Below are positions 45,001 through 55,871 of a DNA stretch of 64,000 nt, one piece after another (position 1 is the stretch's first letter; each line of letters begins with the position of its first letter). The position numbers and the translations under genes were made by a program. The DNA is from the human T2T-CHM13v2.0 reference genome, Homo sapiens. The DNA lies in NCBI RefSeq assembly GCF_009914755.1, contig NC_060927.1; one strand, given 5' to 3'. The notes below the pieces were generated by a model. It was not told the DNA's origin, searched no databases, and was given only the letters and a program-made list of their open reading frames with translations.

Positions 45001-47766
45001 AGAAGTTTCGGAGAATGCTTCTGTCTAATTTTTAGGTGAAGTTATTCCCGTTACCACAGCTGGCCTCAAAGCTGTCCAAATATCCACTTGCAGATCCTAC
45101 AAAAAGAGTGTTTGAAAACTGCTCTATCAAAGGAAAGGTTCAACTCTGTGGGTTGAATGCACACATCACAAAGAAATTTCTGAGAATGCTTTTGTCTAGT
45201 TTTTGTGTGAGGATATTCCTGTTTCCCACGAAGGCCTCAAAGCGGTCCAAATATCCACTTGCAGATTCCACAAAAAGAGTGTTTCAAAAGTGCTCTACCA
45301 AAGAAAGGTTCAACTCTGTGACGTGAATGCACACATCACAAAGAAGTTTCAGAGAATGCTTCCATCTAGTTTTTATGTGAAGATATTTCATTTTCCAACA
45401 TAGGCCTCAAAGATAATCAAATATCCACTTGCAGATTCTACAAAAAGAGTGTTTTAAAACTTCTCTAATAAAAGAAATGTTCAACTCTGTGAGTTGGATG
45501 CACACGTCACAAAGAAATTTCTGAGAATGCTTCTGTCTAGTTTCTATGTGAAGATATATCCTCTTCCAACATAGGCCTCAAAGTGCTCCAAATATCCACT
45601 TGCAGATTCTTCTAAAAGAGTGTTTCAAAACTGCTCTATCAAAAGAAAGGTTCAACTCTGTGAGTTGAATGAAACATCACCAACAAGTTTCTGAGAATGC
45701 TTCTGTCTAGTATTTATGTGAAGATATTTCTTTTTCCAATGTAGTCCTCAAAGGAAAGTAAATATCATCTTGCAGATTGTACAAAAAGAGTGTTTCAAAA
45801 CTGCTCATCAAAAGAAAGGTACAACTCTGTGAGTTGAATGCACACATCACAGAGCAGTTTCTGAGAATGCTTCAGTCTAGTTTTAATGTGAAGATATTAC
45901 CTTTTCCACCCCAGGCCTCAAAGCGCTCCAAATATCCAATTGCAAGTTCTACAAAAAGAGTGTTTCAAAACTGTTCTATCAAAAGGAATGTTCAACTCTA
46001 TGAGTTGAATGCACACATCACAAAGATGTTTCTGAGAATGCTTCCGTGTAGTTTTATGTGAAGATATTTCGTTTTCCAACATTGGCCTCAAAGGAAACCA
46101 CATATCCACTTGCAGATTCAACAAAAATAGTGTTTCAAAACTGCTCTATCAAAAGAAAGGTTCGACTCTGTGAGGTGAATGCACACATCACAGAGAAGTT
46201 TCTGAGAATTTTTCTATCTAGTTTTTATGTGAGGATATTCCCGTTTCCAATGAAGGCCTCCAAGTGATCCAAATATCCACTTGAAGATTCTACAAAAAGA
46301 GTGTTTGAAAACTGCTCTATCAAAAGGAAGGTTCAACTCTGTGAGTTGCATGCACACGTCACAAAGAAATTCCTGAGAATGCTTCTGTCTAGTTTTTATG
46401 TGAAGATATTTCCTTTTCCACCACAGACCTCAAAACCCTCAAAATGTACACATGCAGATTCTACAAAAAGACTGTTTCAAAACTGCTCTATGAAAAGGAA
46501 AGTTCAACTCTGTGAGTTGAATGCACACGTCATAAAGATGTTTCTGAGAATGCTTCTGTCTAGTTTTTAGGTGAAGATATTCCCATTCCCATAGAAGGCC
46601 TCAAAGCTGTCCTAATATGCACTTGCAGATTCTACAAAAAGAGTGTATCAAAACTGCTCTATCAAAACTAAGGTTCAACCCTGTGAGTCGAATGCACATG
46701 TCATAGAGAAGTTTCTGAGAATGCTTCTGTCTAGTTTTTACGTGAAGATATTCCCGTTCCACAGAAGGCCTCAAAGCTGCCCAAATATCCCCTGCAGATC
46801 TTACAAAAGAGTGTTTCAAAACTGCTCTATCAAAAGGAATGTTCAACTCTGTGAGTTGAATGCACACATCACAAAGAAGTTTCTGAGAATGCTTCTGTCT
46901 AGTTTTTATGTGAATATATTCCCGTTTCCACCTTAGGCCTCAAAGCCCTCCAAATATCCACTTGTAGATTCTACAAAATGCCTGTTTCAAAACTGCTCTA
47001 TTAAAAGAAAGGTTCATTTCTGTCAGTTGAATGCATACATCACAAACAGCTTTCTGAGAATGCTCCTGTCTACTTTTTGTATGAAGATATTTGCTTTTCT
47101 GACATAGGCCTCAAAGCGCTCCAAATATCCACTTGCAGATTCTACAAAAAGAGTGTTTCAAAACTGCTCTATCAAAAGGAATGCTCATCTCTGTAAGTTC
47201 AATGCACACAATACAAGTTTCTTAGAATGCTTCTGTCTAGTTTTTATGTGAATATATTCCCTTTTCCAGCATTGACTCAAAGCGCTCCAAATATCCACTC
47301 GCACTTTCTACAAAAAGTGTGTTTCAAAACTGCTTTATCAAAAGGAAGGTTCAACTATGTGAGATGAATGCACACATCACAAATAAGTTTCTGAGAATGC
47401 TTCTGTCTAGTTTTTGTGTGAAGATATTTCTTTTTCCAACATAGGCCTCAAAGGAAACCAAATATCCACTTGCAGATTCTACAAAAAGAGTGTTTCAAAA
47501 CTGCTCTCTCCAAAGAAAGTTTCAACTCTGTGAGTTGAATGCACACATCACAAAGAAGTTTCGGAGAATGCTTCTGTCTACTTTTTATGTGAAGATATTT
47601 CCTTTTCCACCATAGGCCTCAAAGCTCTCCAAACATCTACTTGCAGATTCTACAATAAGAGTGTTTCTTCTTTTTTTTTTTTAACTGTTCGACTAGTGTT
47701 TATTATCAGACACTGTTCTAAGGGCTGAGACTATTCTAGGCTTTAGAAGGTTCTTTTTTTTTTTTT

Positions 47767-48287
47767 AGTATTTATTGATCATTCTTGGGTGTTTCTCAGA
47801 GAGGGGGATGTGGCAGGGTCATAGGATAATAGTGGAAAGAAGGTCAACAGATGAACACGAGAACAAAGTTCTCTTTTTTTCCTAGGCAGTGGTCCCTGCA
47901 GCTTCCGGCCATTTTGTGTTCCTGGGTACTTGAGATTAGGGAGTGGTGATGACTCTTAACGAGCATGCTGTCTTCAAGCATCAGTTTAACAAACAAAGCA
48001 AATCTTGCACTGTCCTTAATCTATTTAACCCTGAGTTGACACAGCACATGTTTCAGAGATCGGGGGTTGGGGGTAAGGTTATAGATTAACAGCATCCCAA
48101 GGTAGAAGAATTTTTCTTAGTATAGAACAAAATGGAGTCTCCTATGTCTACTTCTTTCTACTCAGACACAGTAACAATCTGATCTCTCTTTCTTTTCCCC
48201 ACATTTCCCCCTTTTCTTTTTAATAAAACCGCCATGGTCATCATTGGCCGTTCTCGATGGTCACTGTCTCTTTGGAGCTGTTGGGTA
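47767..48287 (-). mobile_element. SVA SINE-R domain (HERV-K env/LTR derived) with AATAAA at 47771-47776
   Basis: TATTTATTGATCATTCTTGGGTGTTTCTC...GGATAATAGTGG...GGTAAGGTTATAGATTAACAGCATCCC matches the oldest (SVA_A-type) SINE-R as I recall it. Confidence 0.85.
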
Positions 48288-51200
48288 CACTTCCCAGATG
48301 GGGCAGCCTGGCAGAGGCACTCCTCACTTCCCAGATGGGGTGGCTGGGCAGAGGTACTCCTCACTTCCCAGATGGGGCGGCCAGACAGAGGTGCACCTCA
48401 CTTCCCAGATAGGGTGGCAGCTGGACAGAGATGCTCCTCACTTCCCAGATGGGGTGTCGGCCGGGCAGAGGCGCTCCTCACTTCCCAGACGGTGGGTGGC
48501 CAGGCAGAGGTGCTCCTCACCTCCCAGATGGGGTGGCCGGGCAGAGGCGCTCCCCACCTCCAAGATGAAGAGTGGCTGGGCAGAGGCGCCCCCCACTTCC
48601 CAGATGGGGAGGCCGGGCAGAGGCGCTCCCTACATCCCAGAAGCGACAGCCGGGCAGAGGTGTTCCTCACCTCCCAGACTGGGTGGCCGGGCAGAGATTC
48701 CCCTCTCCTCCCAGATGGGGAGGCCAGGCAGAGGTGCCCACTTCCCCAAAAGGGCAGCCGGGCAGAGGCACTCTCCACCTCCCAGATGAAGGGCGGCCGG
48801 GCAGAGGCACTCCTCACTTCCCAGGCGGGGCGGCCGGGCAGAGGCACTCCTCACCTCCCAGATGAAGAGCGGCTGGACAGAGGCACACCTCACTTCCCAG
48901 ACTGGGTGGCGGCCAGACAGAGACACTCCTCATTTCCCAGATGGGTTGGCAGACAGGCAGAGGTGCTCCTCACCTCCCAGATGATGGGTGGCCGGGCAGA
49001 GGTGCTCCTCACCTCCCAGATGATGGGTGGCCGGGCAGAGGTGCTCCTCACCTCCCAGATGGGGCGGCCGGGCAGAGGCGCTCCCCACCTCCCAGACGAA
49101 GAGCGGCCAGGCAGAGGCGCCCCCCACTTCCCAGATGGGGTGGCCGGGCAGAGGTGCTCCTCACTTCCCAGACAGGGCGGCTGGGCAGAGGTGCTCCCCA
49201 CATCCCAGACAGGATGGCCAGGCAGAGGCATTCCTCACCTCCCAGATGATGGGCGGCCGGGTAGAGGCACTCCCTACGTCCCAGACAGGGCGGCTGGGCA
49301 GAGGTGCTCCTCACCTCCCAGATGGAGCGGCCAGGCAGAGGCACCCACTTCCCTGATGGGGTGGCCGGGCAGAGGCATTCCCCACCTCCCAGATGAAGGG
49401 TGGCCAGGCAGAGGCGCTCCTCACTTCCCAGGTGGGGTGGCCCGGCGAGGCACTCTTCACCTCCCAGATGGGGTGGCGACCGGGCAGAGATGTTCCTCAC
49501 TTCCCAGATGGGGTGGCGGCCGGGCAGAGATGCCCCTCACCTCCCAGATGGGGCGGCGGCCGGGCAGAGGCGTTCCTCACTTCTCAGATGGGGTGGCGGC
49601 CAGGCAGAGATGCCCCTCACCTGGCAAAGGGGGCAGCCGGGCAGAGGCGCCCCTCACCTCCCAGACTGGGTGGCTGGGCAGAGATACCCCTCACCTCCCA
49701 GGTGGGGGGGCCGGACAGAGGCGCTCCTCACCTCCCAGACGGGGCTACCAGGCAGAGGCGCTCCTCACATCCCAGACAGGGCGGCCAGGCAGAGGCACTC
49801 CTCACTTCCTCCCAGACGGGCCGGCCAGGCAGAGGCGCTCCTCACTTCCCAGATGGGGTGGCCGGGCAGAGGCACCCCTCACATCCCAAAAGGGGCAGCC
49901 GGGCAGAGGCGCTCCTCACCTCCCAGACAGGGTGGCCGGGCAGAGGCACTCCCCATATCACAGATGGGATGGCCGGGCAGAGGCGCTCCTCACCTCCCAG
50001 ATGATGGGCAGCTGGGCAGAGGCGCTCCCCACCTCCCAGATGGGGTGGCCGGGTAGAGGTGCTCCTCACCTCCCACACGGGGCAGCCGGGCAGAGGCACC
50101 CACTTCCCCAATGGGGCGGCTGGGCAGAGGCGCTCCCCACTTCCCAGATGAAGGGCGGCCGGGCAGAGGCGCTCCTCACTTCTCAGGCAGGCGGCTGGGC
50201 AGAGGCGCTCTTCATCTCCCAGAGGAAGAGCGGCCGGGCAGAGATGCACCTCATTTCCCAGATGGGGTGGCGGCCAGACAGAGGCGCTCCTCACTTCCCA
50301 GATGATGGGCAGCCAGGCAGAGGTGCTCCTCACCTCCCAGACAGGGCAGCCAGGCAGAGGCGTTCCCCACATCCCAGATGGGATGGCCGGGCAGAGGCAC
50401 TCTTCACCTCCCAGACAGGGTGGCCGGGCAGAGGCACTCTTCACCTCCCAGATGGGGTGGCCAGGCAGAGACGCCCCTCACCTACAAGATGGGGTGGCCG
50501 GGCAGAGGCACCCACTTCCCTGATGGGGTGGCTGGGCAAAGGTGCTCCTCACTTCCCAGGTGGGGCGGCTGGGCAGAGGCACTCCTCACCTCCCAGATGA
50601 AAAGCAGCCGGGCAGAGGTGCCCCTCACCTCCCAGACGGGGCAGCAGCTGGGCAGAGGCACTCCTCACTTCTCAGACGGGGTGGCGGCCAAGCAGAGATG
50701 CCCCTCACCTCCTAAACAGGGCGGCCGGGCAGAGGCGCCCACTTCCCAGACAGGGCGGCCGGGCAGAGGAGCTCCCCACCTCCCAGATGAAGGGCGGCTG
50801 GGCAGAGGCCCTTCTCACTTCCCAGGCAGGGCGGCCAGGCAGAGGTGCCCCTCACCTCCCAGATGGGGTGCCTGGGCAGAGATGCCCCTCACCTCCCAGA
50901 TGGGGTGCCTGGGCAGAGATGCCCCTCACCTCCCAGATGGGGTGCCTGGGCAGAGATGCCCCTCACCTCCCAGATGGGACAGCTGGGAGTAGTGCCCACT
51001 TCCCAGATGGGGCAGCTGGGCAGAGGCGCTCCCCACCTCCAGACGAAGGGTGGCCGGGCAGAGGTGCCCCTCACTTTCCAGGTGGGGCGGCTGGGCAGAG
51101 ATGCCCCTCACCTCCCAGATGGGGTGGTGGCCGGGCAGAGATGCTCCTCACCTCCCAGATGGGGCGACCGGGCAGAGGCGCTCCTCACTTCCCATTCAGG

Positions 51201-52910
51201 GCAACTGGGCAGAGGTGCTCCTCACATCCCAGATGGGGTGGCCAGGCAGAGGCACTCCTCACTTCCTCCCAGACAGGGTGGCCAGGCAGAGGCACTCCCC
51301 ACATATCAGACGGGACAGCTGGGCAGAGGTGCTCCTCACCTCTCGGATGATGGGCGGCCAGGCAGAGGTGCTCCCCACCTCCCAGACGGGGAGGCCGGGC
51401 AGAGGCGCTCCCCACCTCCCAGAAGAAGGGTGGCTGGACAGAGGCCCTCTTCACTTCCCAGGCAGGGCGGCCAGGCAGAGGCCCCCCTCAGCTCCCAGAC
51501 GGGGCAGCTGGGCAGAGACTCCCCTCACCTCCCAGACGGGGTGGCCGGGCAGAGGCGCTCCCCACCTCCAGAAGAAGGGCGGCCGGGCAGAGGTGCCCCT
51601 CACTTCCCAGGTGGGGCGGCCAGGCAGAGACGCCACTCACCTCCCAGACGGGGTGGTGGCCGGGCAGAGGCACTCTTCACCTCCCAGACGGGGCGTCCAT
51701 GCAGAGGCACTCCTCACCTCTCAGACAGGATGGCCAGCAGAGGCGCTCCTCACCTCCCAGAAGGGGTGGCCGGGCAGAGGCACTCCTCACCTCCCAGATG
51801 AAGAGCAGCTGGGCAGAGGCGCACCTCACTTCCCAGATGGGGTGGTGGCTGGACAGAGGCACTCCTCACATCCCAGACGATGGGCGGCTGGGCAGAGGTG
51901 CTCCTCACCTCCCAGACGGGGCGGCCGGGCAGAAGCGCTCCCCACCTCCCAGAAGAAGAGTGGCCGGGCAGAGGCGCCCCCCACTTCCCAGATGGGGTGG
52001 CTGGGCAGAGACGCTCCCCACATCCCAGACGGGACAGCCAGGCAGAGGCGCACCTCACCTCCCAGAAGATGGGCGGCTGGGCAGAGGGGCTCTGACCTCC
52101 CAGACGGGGCGGCCGGGCAGAGGCGCTCCTCACCTCCCAGATGGAGCGGCCAGGCAGAGACTCCCATCACCTCCCAGACGGGGTGGCCGGGCAGAGGTGC
52201 TCACTTCCCAGACGGGGCAGCCAGGCAGAGGCACTCCCCACCTCCCAGATGAAGGGCAGCCGGGCAGAGGCCCTCCTCACTTCCCAGGCAGGGCAGCCAG
52301 GCAGAGGCACCCCTCACCTCCCAGACGGGCCGCCCGGGCAGAGACACCCCTCACCTCCCAGATGGGGCGGCTGGGCAGAGGCACCCACTTCCCAGATGGG
52401 GCATCCAGGCAGAGGCGCTCCCCACCTCCAGACGAAGGGCGGCCGGGCAGAGGCGCCCCTCACTTCCAAGGCAGGACAGCTGGGCAGAGACGCCCCTCAT
52501 CTCCCAGACTGGGTGGTGGCCAGGCAGAGGCGTTCCTCACCTCCCAGATGGGGCGGCCATGCAGAGGCACTCCTGACCTCCCAGACGGGGCAGCCGTGCA
52601 GAGGCACTCCTCACCTCCCAGATGGGGTGGCTGGGCAGAGGAGCTCCTCACCTCCCAGATGGGGCGACTGGGCAGAGGCACTCCTCACTTCCCACTCTGG
52701 GATGGCTAGGCAGAGGCGCCCCTCACATCTCCTTTGTGGCAGCCAGGCAGAGGCACTCCTCACTTCCTCCCAGATGGGGCGGCCAGGCAGAGGTGCTCCT
52801 CACATTCCAGATGATGGGCGGCCAAGCAGAGGCACTCCTCATTTTCCGGGTGATGGGTGGCCAGGCAGAGATGCTGCTCACTTCCTAGACGGGGTGGTTG
52901 CTGGGCAGAG
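48288..52910 (-). repeat. SVA VNTR, ~4.6 kb of GC-rich 32-42 bp units (GGGCAGAGGCGCTCCTCACYTCCCAGAYGGGG...)
   Basis: The tandem array is directly visible, with more than 100 diverged units and heavy CpG decay. Confidence 0.95.
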
Positions 52911-53387
52911 GCTATAATCTTAGCACTTTGGGAGGCCAAGGCAGGGGGCTGGGAGGTGGAGGATGTAGTAGGCCAAGTCAGGGGGCTGGGAGGTGGAGGA
53001 TGTAGTGAGCCAAGATCACGCCACTGCACTCCAGCCTGGGCAACATTGAGCATTGTGTGAGCGAGACTCCATCTGCAATCCCAGGACCTTGGGAGTCCAA
53101 GGCGGGCAGATCACCCAAGGCCAGGAGCTGGAGACCAGCCTGGTCAACACGGTGAAACCCCGTCTCCACCAAAAATACAAAAACCAGTCAGGAGTGGGGT
53201 CGCATGCCTGGAATCCCAGGTATTCAGCAGGCCAAGGCAGGAGAATCACTGGAGCCCGAGGCAGGGAGGTTGCAGCGAGCCGAGATCACCGCAGTACAGT
53301 CCAGACTCCGCAAGAGAGACAGACTGTAGAAAGAGGGAGACAGAGAGCGAGAGCAAGAGCGAGAGGGAGAGGGAGAGGGAGAGGGAG
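52911..53387 (-). mobile_element. SVA Alu-like domain and CT hexamer head
   Basis: Two Alu-derived fragments (ATCTTAGCACTTTGGGAGGCCAAGG..., CCAGCCTGGTCAACACGGTGAAACCCCGTCTCCACCAAAAATACAAAAACCAGTCAGG) are followed by (GAGAGG)n. Confidence 0.92.
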
Positions 53388-54968
53388 AAAAAGAGTGTTT
53401 CAAAACTGCTCTAACAAAAGAAAGGTTCAACTATGTGAGTTGAATGCACACATCACAAAGAAGTTTCTGAGAATGCTTCTGTCTAGTTTTAAGGTGAAGA
53501 TATTCCATTTTCCAACATTGGCTTCAAAGGAAACCAAATATCCCCTTGCAGATTCTACAAAAAGAGGGTTTCCAAACTGTTCTACCAACATAAAGTTTCA
53601 ACTCTGTGAGATGAAAGCACACATCACAAAGCAGTTTCTGAGAATGCTTCTGTCAAGGTTTTACGTGAAGATATTTCATTTTCCAATATAGGCCTCAAAG
53701 GGAACAAAATATCGCCTTGCAGATTCTACAAAAAGAGTGTTTCCAAACTGTTCTATGAAAAGAAAGTTTCAACTCTGTGAGTTGAATACACACATCGCAA
53801 AGCAGTTTCTGATAAAGCTTCTGTCTAGTTTTTATGTGAAGATATTACGTTTTCCAACATAGACCTCAAAGCATTCCAAATATCCACTTGCAAATTCTAC
53901 AAAGGAGTGTTTCAAAACTGCTCTATCAAAAGAAAGGTTAAACACTGTGAGTTGAATGCAAACATCACAAAGAAGTTTCGGAGAATGCTTCTGTCTAGTT
54001 TTTATGTGAAGATACTTCGTTTTCCAACATAGGCCTCAAAGGGAACGAAATATCCCCTTCCAGATTCCACAAAAAGAGTGTTTCAAAACTGCTCTATCAA
54101 AAGAAAGGTTCAACTCTGTGAGTTGAATGCACACATCACAAAACAGTTACTGAGAATGCTTCTGTCTAGTTTTTATGTGAAGATATTTCCTTTTCCAACA
54201 TAGGCCTCAAAGGGAACAAAATATCCACTTGCAGATTCTACAAAAAGAGTGTTTCAAAACTGCTCTATCAAAAGAAAGGTTCAATTCTGTGAGTTGAATG
54301 CACACATCAATAAGAAGTTTCAGACAATGCTGGTGTCTAGTTTTTATGTGAAGATACTTCGTTTTCCAAAATAGGCCTCAAAGGAAACAAAATATCCACT
54401 TGCAGATTATACAAAAAGAGTGTTTCAAAACTGCTCTATCAAAAGAAATGTTCAACTCTGTGAGTTGAATGCACACATCACAAAGAAGTTTCTGAGAATG
54501 GTTCTGTCTAGTTTTTATGTGAAGATATTTCGTTTTCCAACATAGGCCTCAAAGGAAACAAAATATCCACTTGCAGATTCTACAAAAAGACTGTTTCAAA
54601 ACTGCTCTATCAAAAGAAAGGTTCAACTTTGTGAGTTGAATAAACATATCAAAAAGAAGTTTGGGAGAATGCTTCTGTCTAGTTTTTATGTGAAGATATT
54701 TCCTTTTCCAGCATAGGCATCAAAACACCCCAAATATCCACTTGCAGATTCTACAAAAAGAGTGTATCAAAACTGCTCTATCAAAATAAAGGTTCAACTC
54801 TGTGAGTTGAATGCACACATCACAAAGTAGTTTCTGAGAATGGTTCTGTCTAGTTTCTATGTGAAGATATTTTGATCTCCAATATAGGCTTCAAAGGAAA
54901 CCAAATATCCACTTACAGATGCTACAAAAAGAGTGTTTCAAAACTGCTCTATCAAAAGAAAGGTTCAA

Positions 54969-55871
54969 GGAGAAGCCAAGATGGACGAATAGGAACAGCT
55001 ATGGTCTACACCTCCCAGCATGAGCAACGCAGAAGACAGGTGATTTTTGCATTTCCAATTGAGGTACCGGGTTCATCTCACTAGGGAGTGCCAGACAGTG
55101 GGTGCAGGACAGTGGGCACGTGCACCATGAGTGAGCTGAAGCAGGGTGAGGCATTGCCTCACTCGGGAAGTGCAAGGGGTCAGGGAGTTCCCTTTCCTAG
55201 TCAAAGAAAGGGGTGATGGATGGCACCTGGAAAATCGGGTCACTCCCACCCGAATACTGCGCTTTTCCCACGGGCTTAAAAAACAGCACACCACGAGATT
55301 ATACCCTGCACCTGGCTCAGAGGGTCTTACACCCACGGAGTCTCACTGATTGCTAGCACAGCAGACTGAGATCAAACTGCAAGGCGGCAGCGAGGCTGGG
55401 GTGGGGCGCCCACCATTGCCCAGGCTTGCTTAGGTAAACAAAGCAGCAGGAAAGCTCGAATTGGGTGGAGCCCACCACAGCTCAAGGAGGTCTGCCTGCC
55501 TCTGTAGGCTCCACCTCTGGGGGCAGGGCACAGACAAACAAAAAGAAAACAGTAACCTCTGAAGACTTAAATATCCCTGTCTGAGAGCTTTGAAGATAGC
55601 AGTGGTTCTCCCAGTACGCACCTGGAGATCTGAGAAGGGGCAGACTGCCTCCTCAAGTGGGTGCCTGACCCCTGATCTCCGAGCAGCCTAACTTGGAGGC
55701 ACCCCCCAACAGGGGCACATTGACACCTCACACGGCAGGGTACTCCAACAGACCTGCAGCTGAGGGTCATGTCTGTTAGAAGGAAAACTAACAAACAGAA
55801 AGGACATCCACACCAAAAACCCATCTCTACATCACCATCATCAAAGACCAAAAGTAGATAAAACCACATAG
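54969..55871 (+). promoter_or_regulatory. L1 5'UTR internal sense/antisense promoter, CpG-decayed, YY1 site altered
   Basis: About 900 bp upstream of the ORF1 ATG. It reads CAAGATGGAC where the consensus is CAAGATGGCC. Confidence 0.85.

Larger units (their letters stand above)
47668..53387 (-). mobile_element. Full-length SVA retrotransposon (SVA_A-like or ancestral proto-SVA type) with 3' transduction, 5.7 kb
   Basis: Element order: (CCCTCT)n hexamer 53361-53387, Alu-like domain ~52911-53340, VNTR ~48288-52910, SINE-R 47767-48287, poly(A) 47754-47766, transduced tag 47683-47753, second poly(A) 47671-47682. TSD AAGAGTGTTTC lies at 47657-47667 and 53391-53401 (14 bp with one mismatch). The nick site is TTTC/AA. 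Confidence 0.93.

Noticed and set aside
48234-52917. Long ORFs of 788, 400, 336 and 318 aa rich in G/R/P/W
   Set aside because: These are translations of the stop-poor SVA VNTR, antisense to the element. They are repetitive, open in several frames at once and start at non-ATG or arbitrary codons, so there is no evidence of a gene.
52911-53340. Independent Alu insertions
   Set aside because: There is no poly(A) tail or TSD, and the arrangement is the standard Alu-like domain of SVA.
53053-53691. 212-aa chimeric ORF spanning the SVA head and satellite
   Set aside because: It is a chance read-through across the Alu-like domain, hexamer and alpha monomer, with no ATG context or other support.
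55073-55416. Intact L1 antisense ORF0
   Set aside because: The ATG is present at 55416 (minus strand), but the following G-run appears one base short and a CGA>TGA stop follows. Only a downstream fragment is open.
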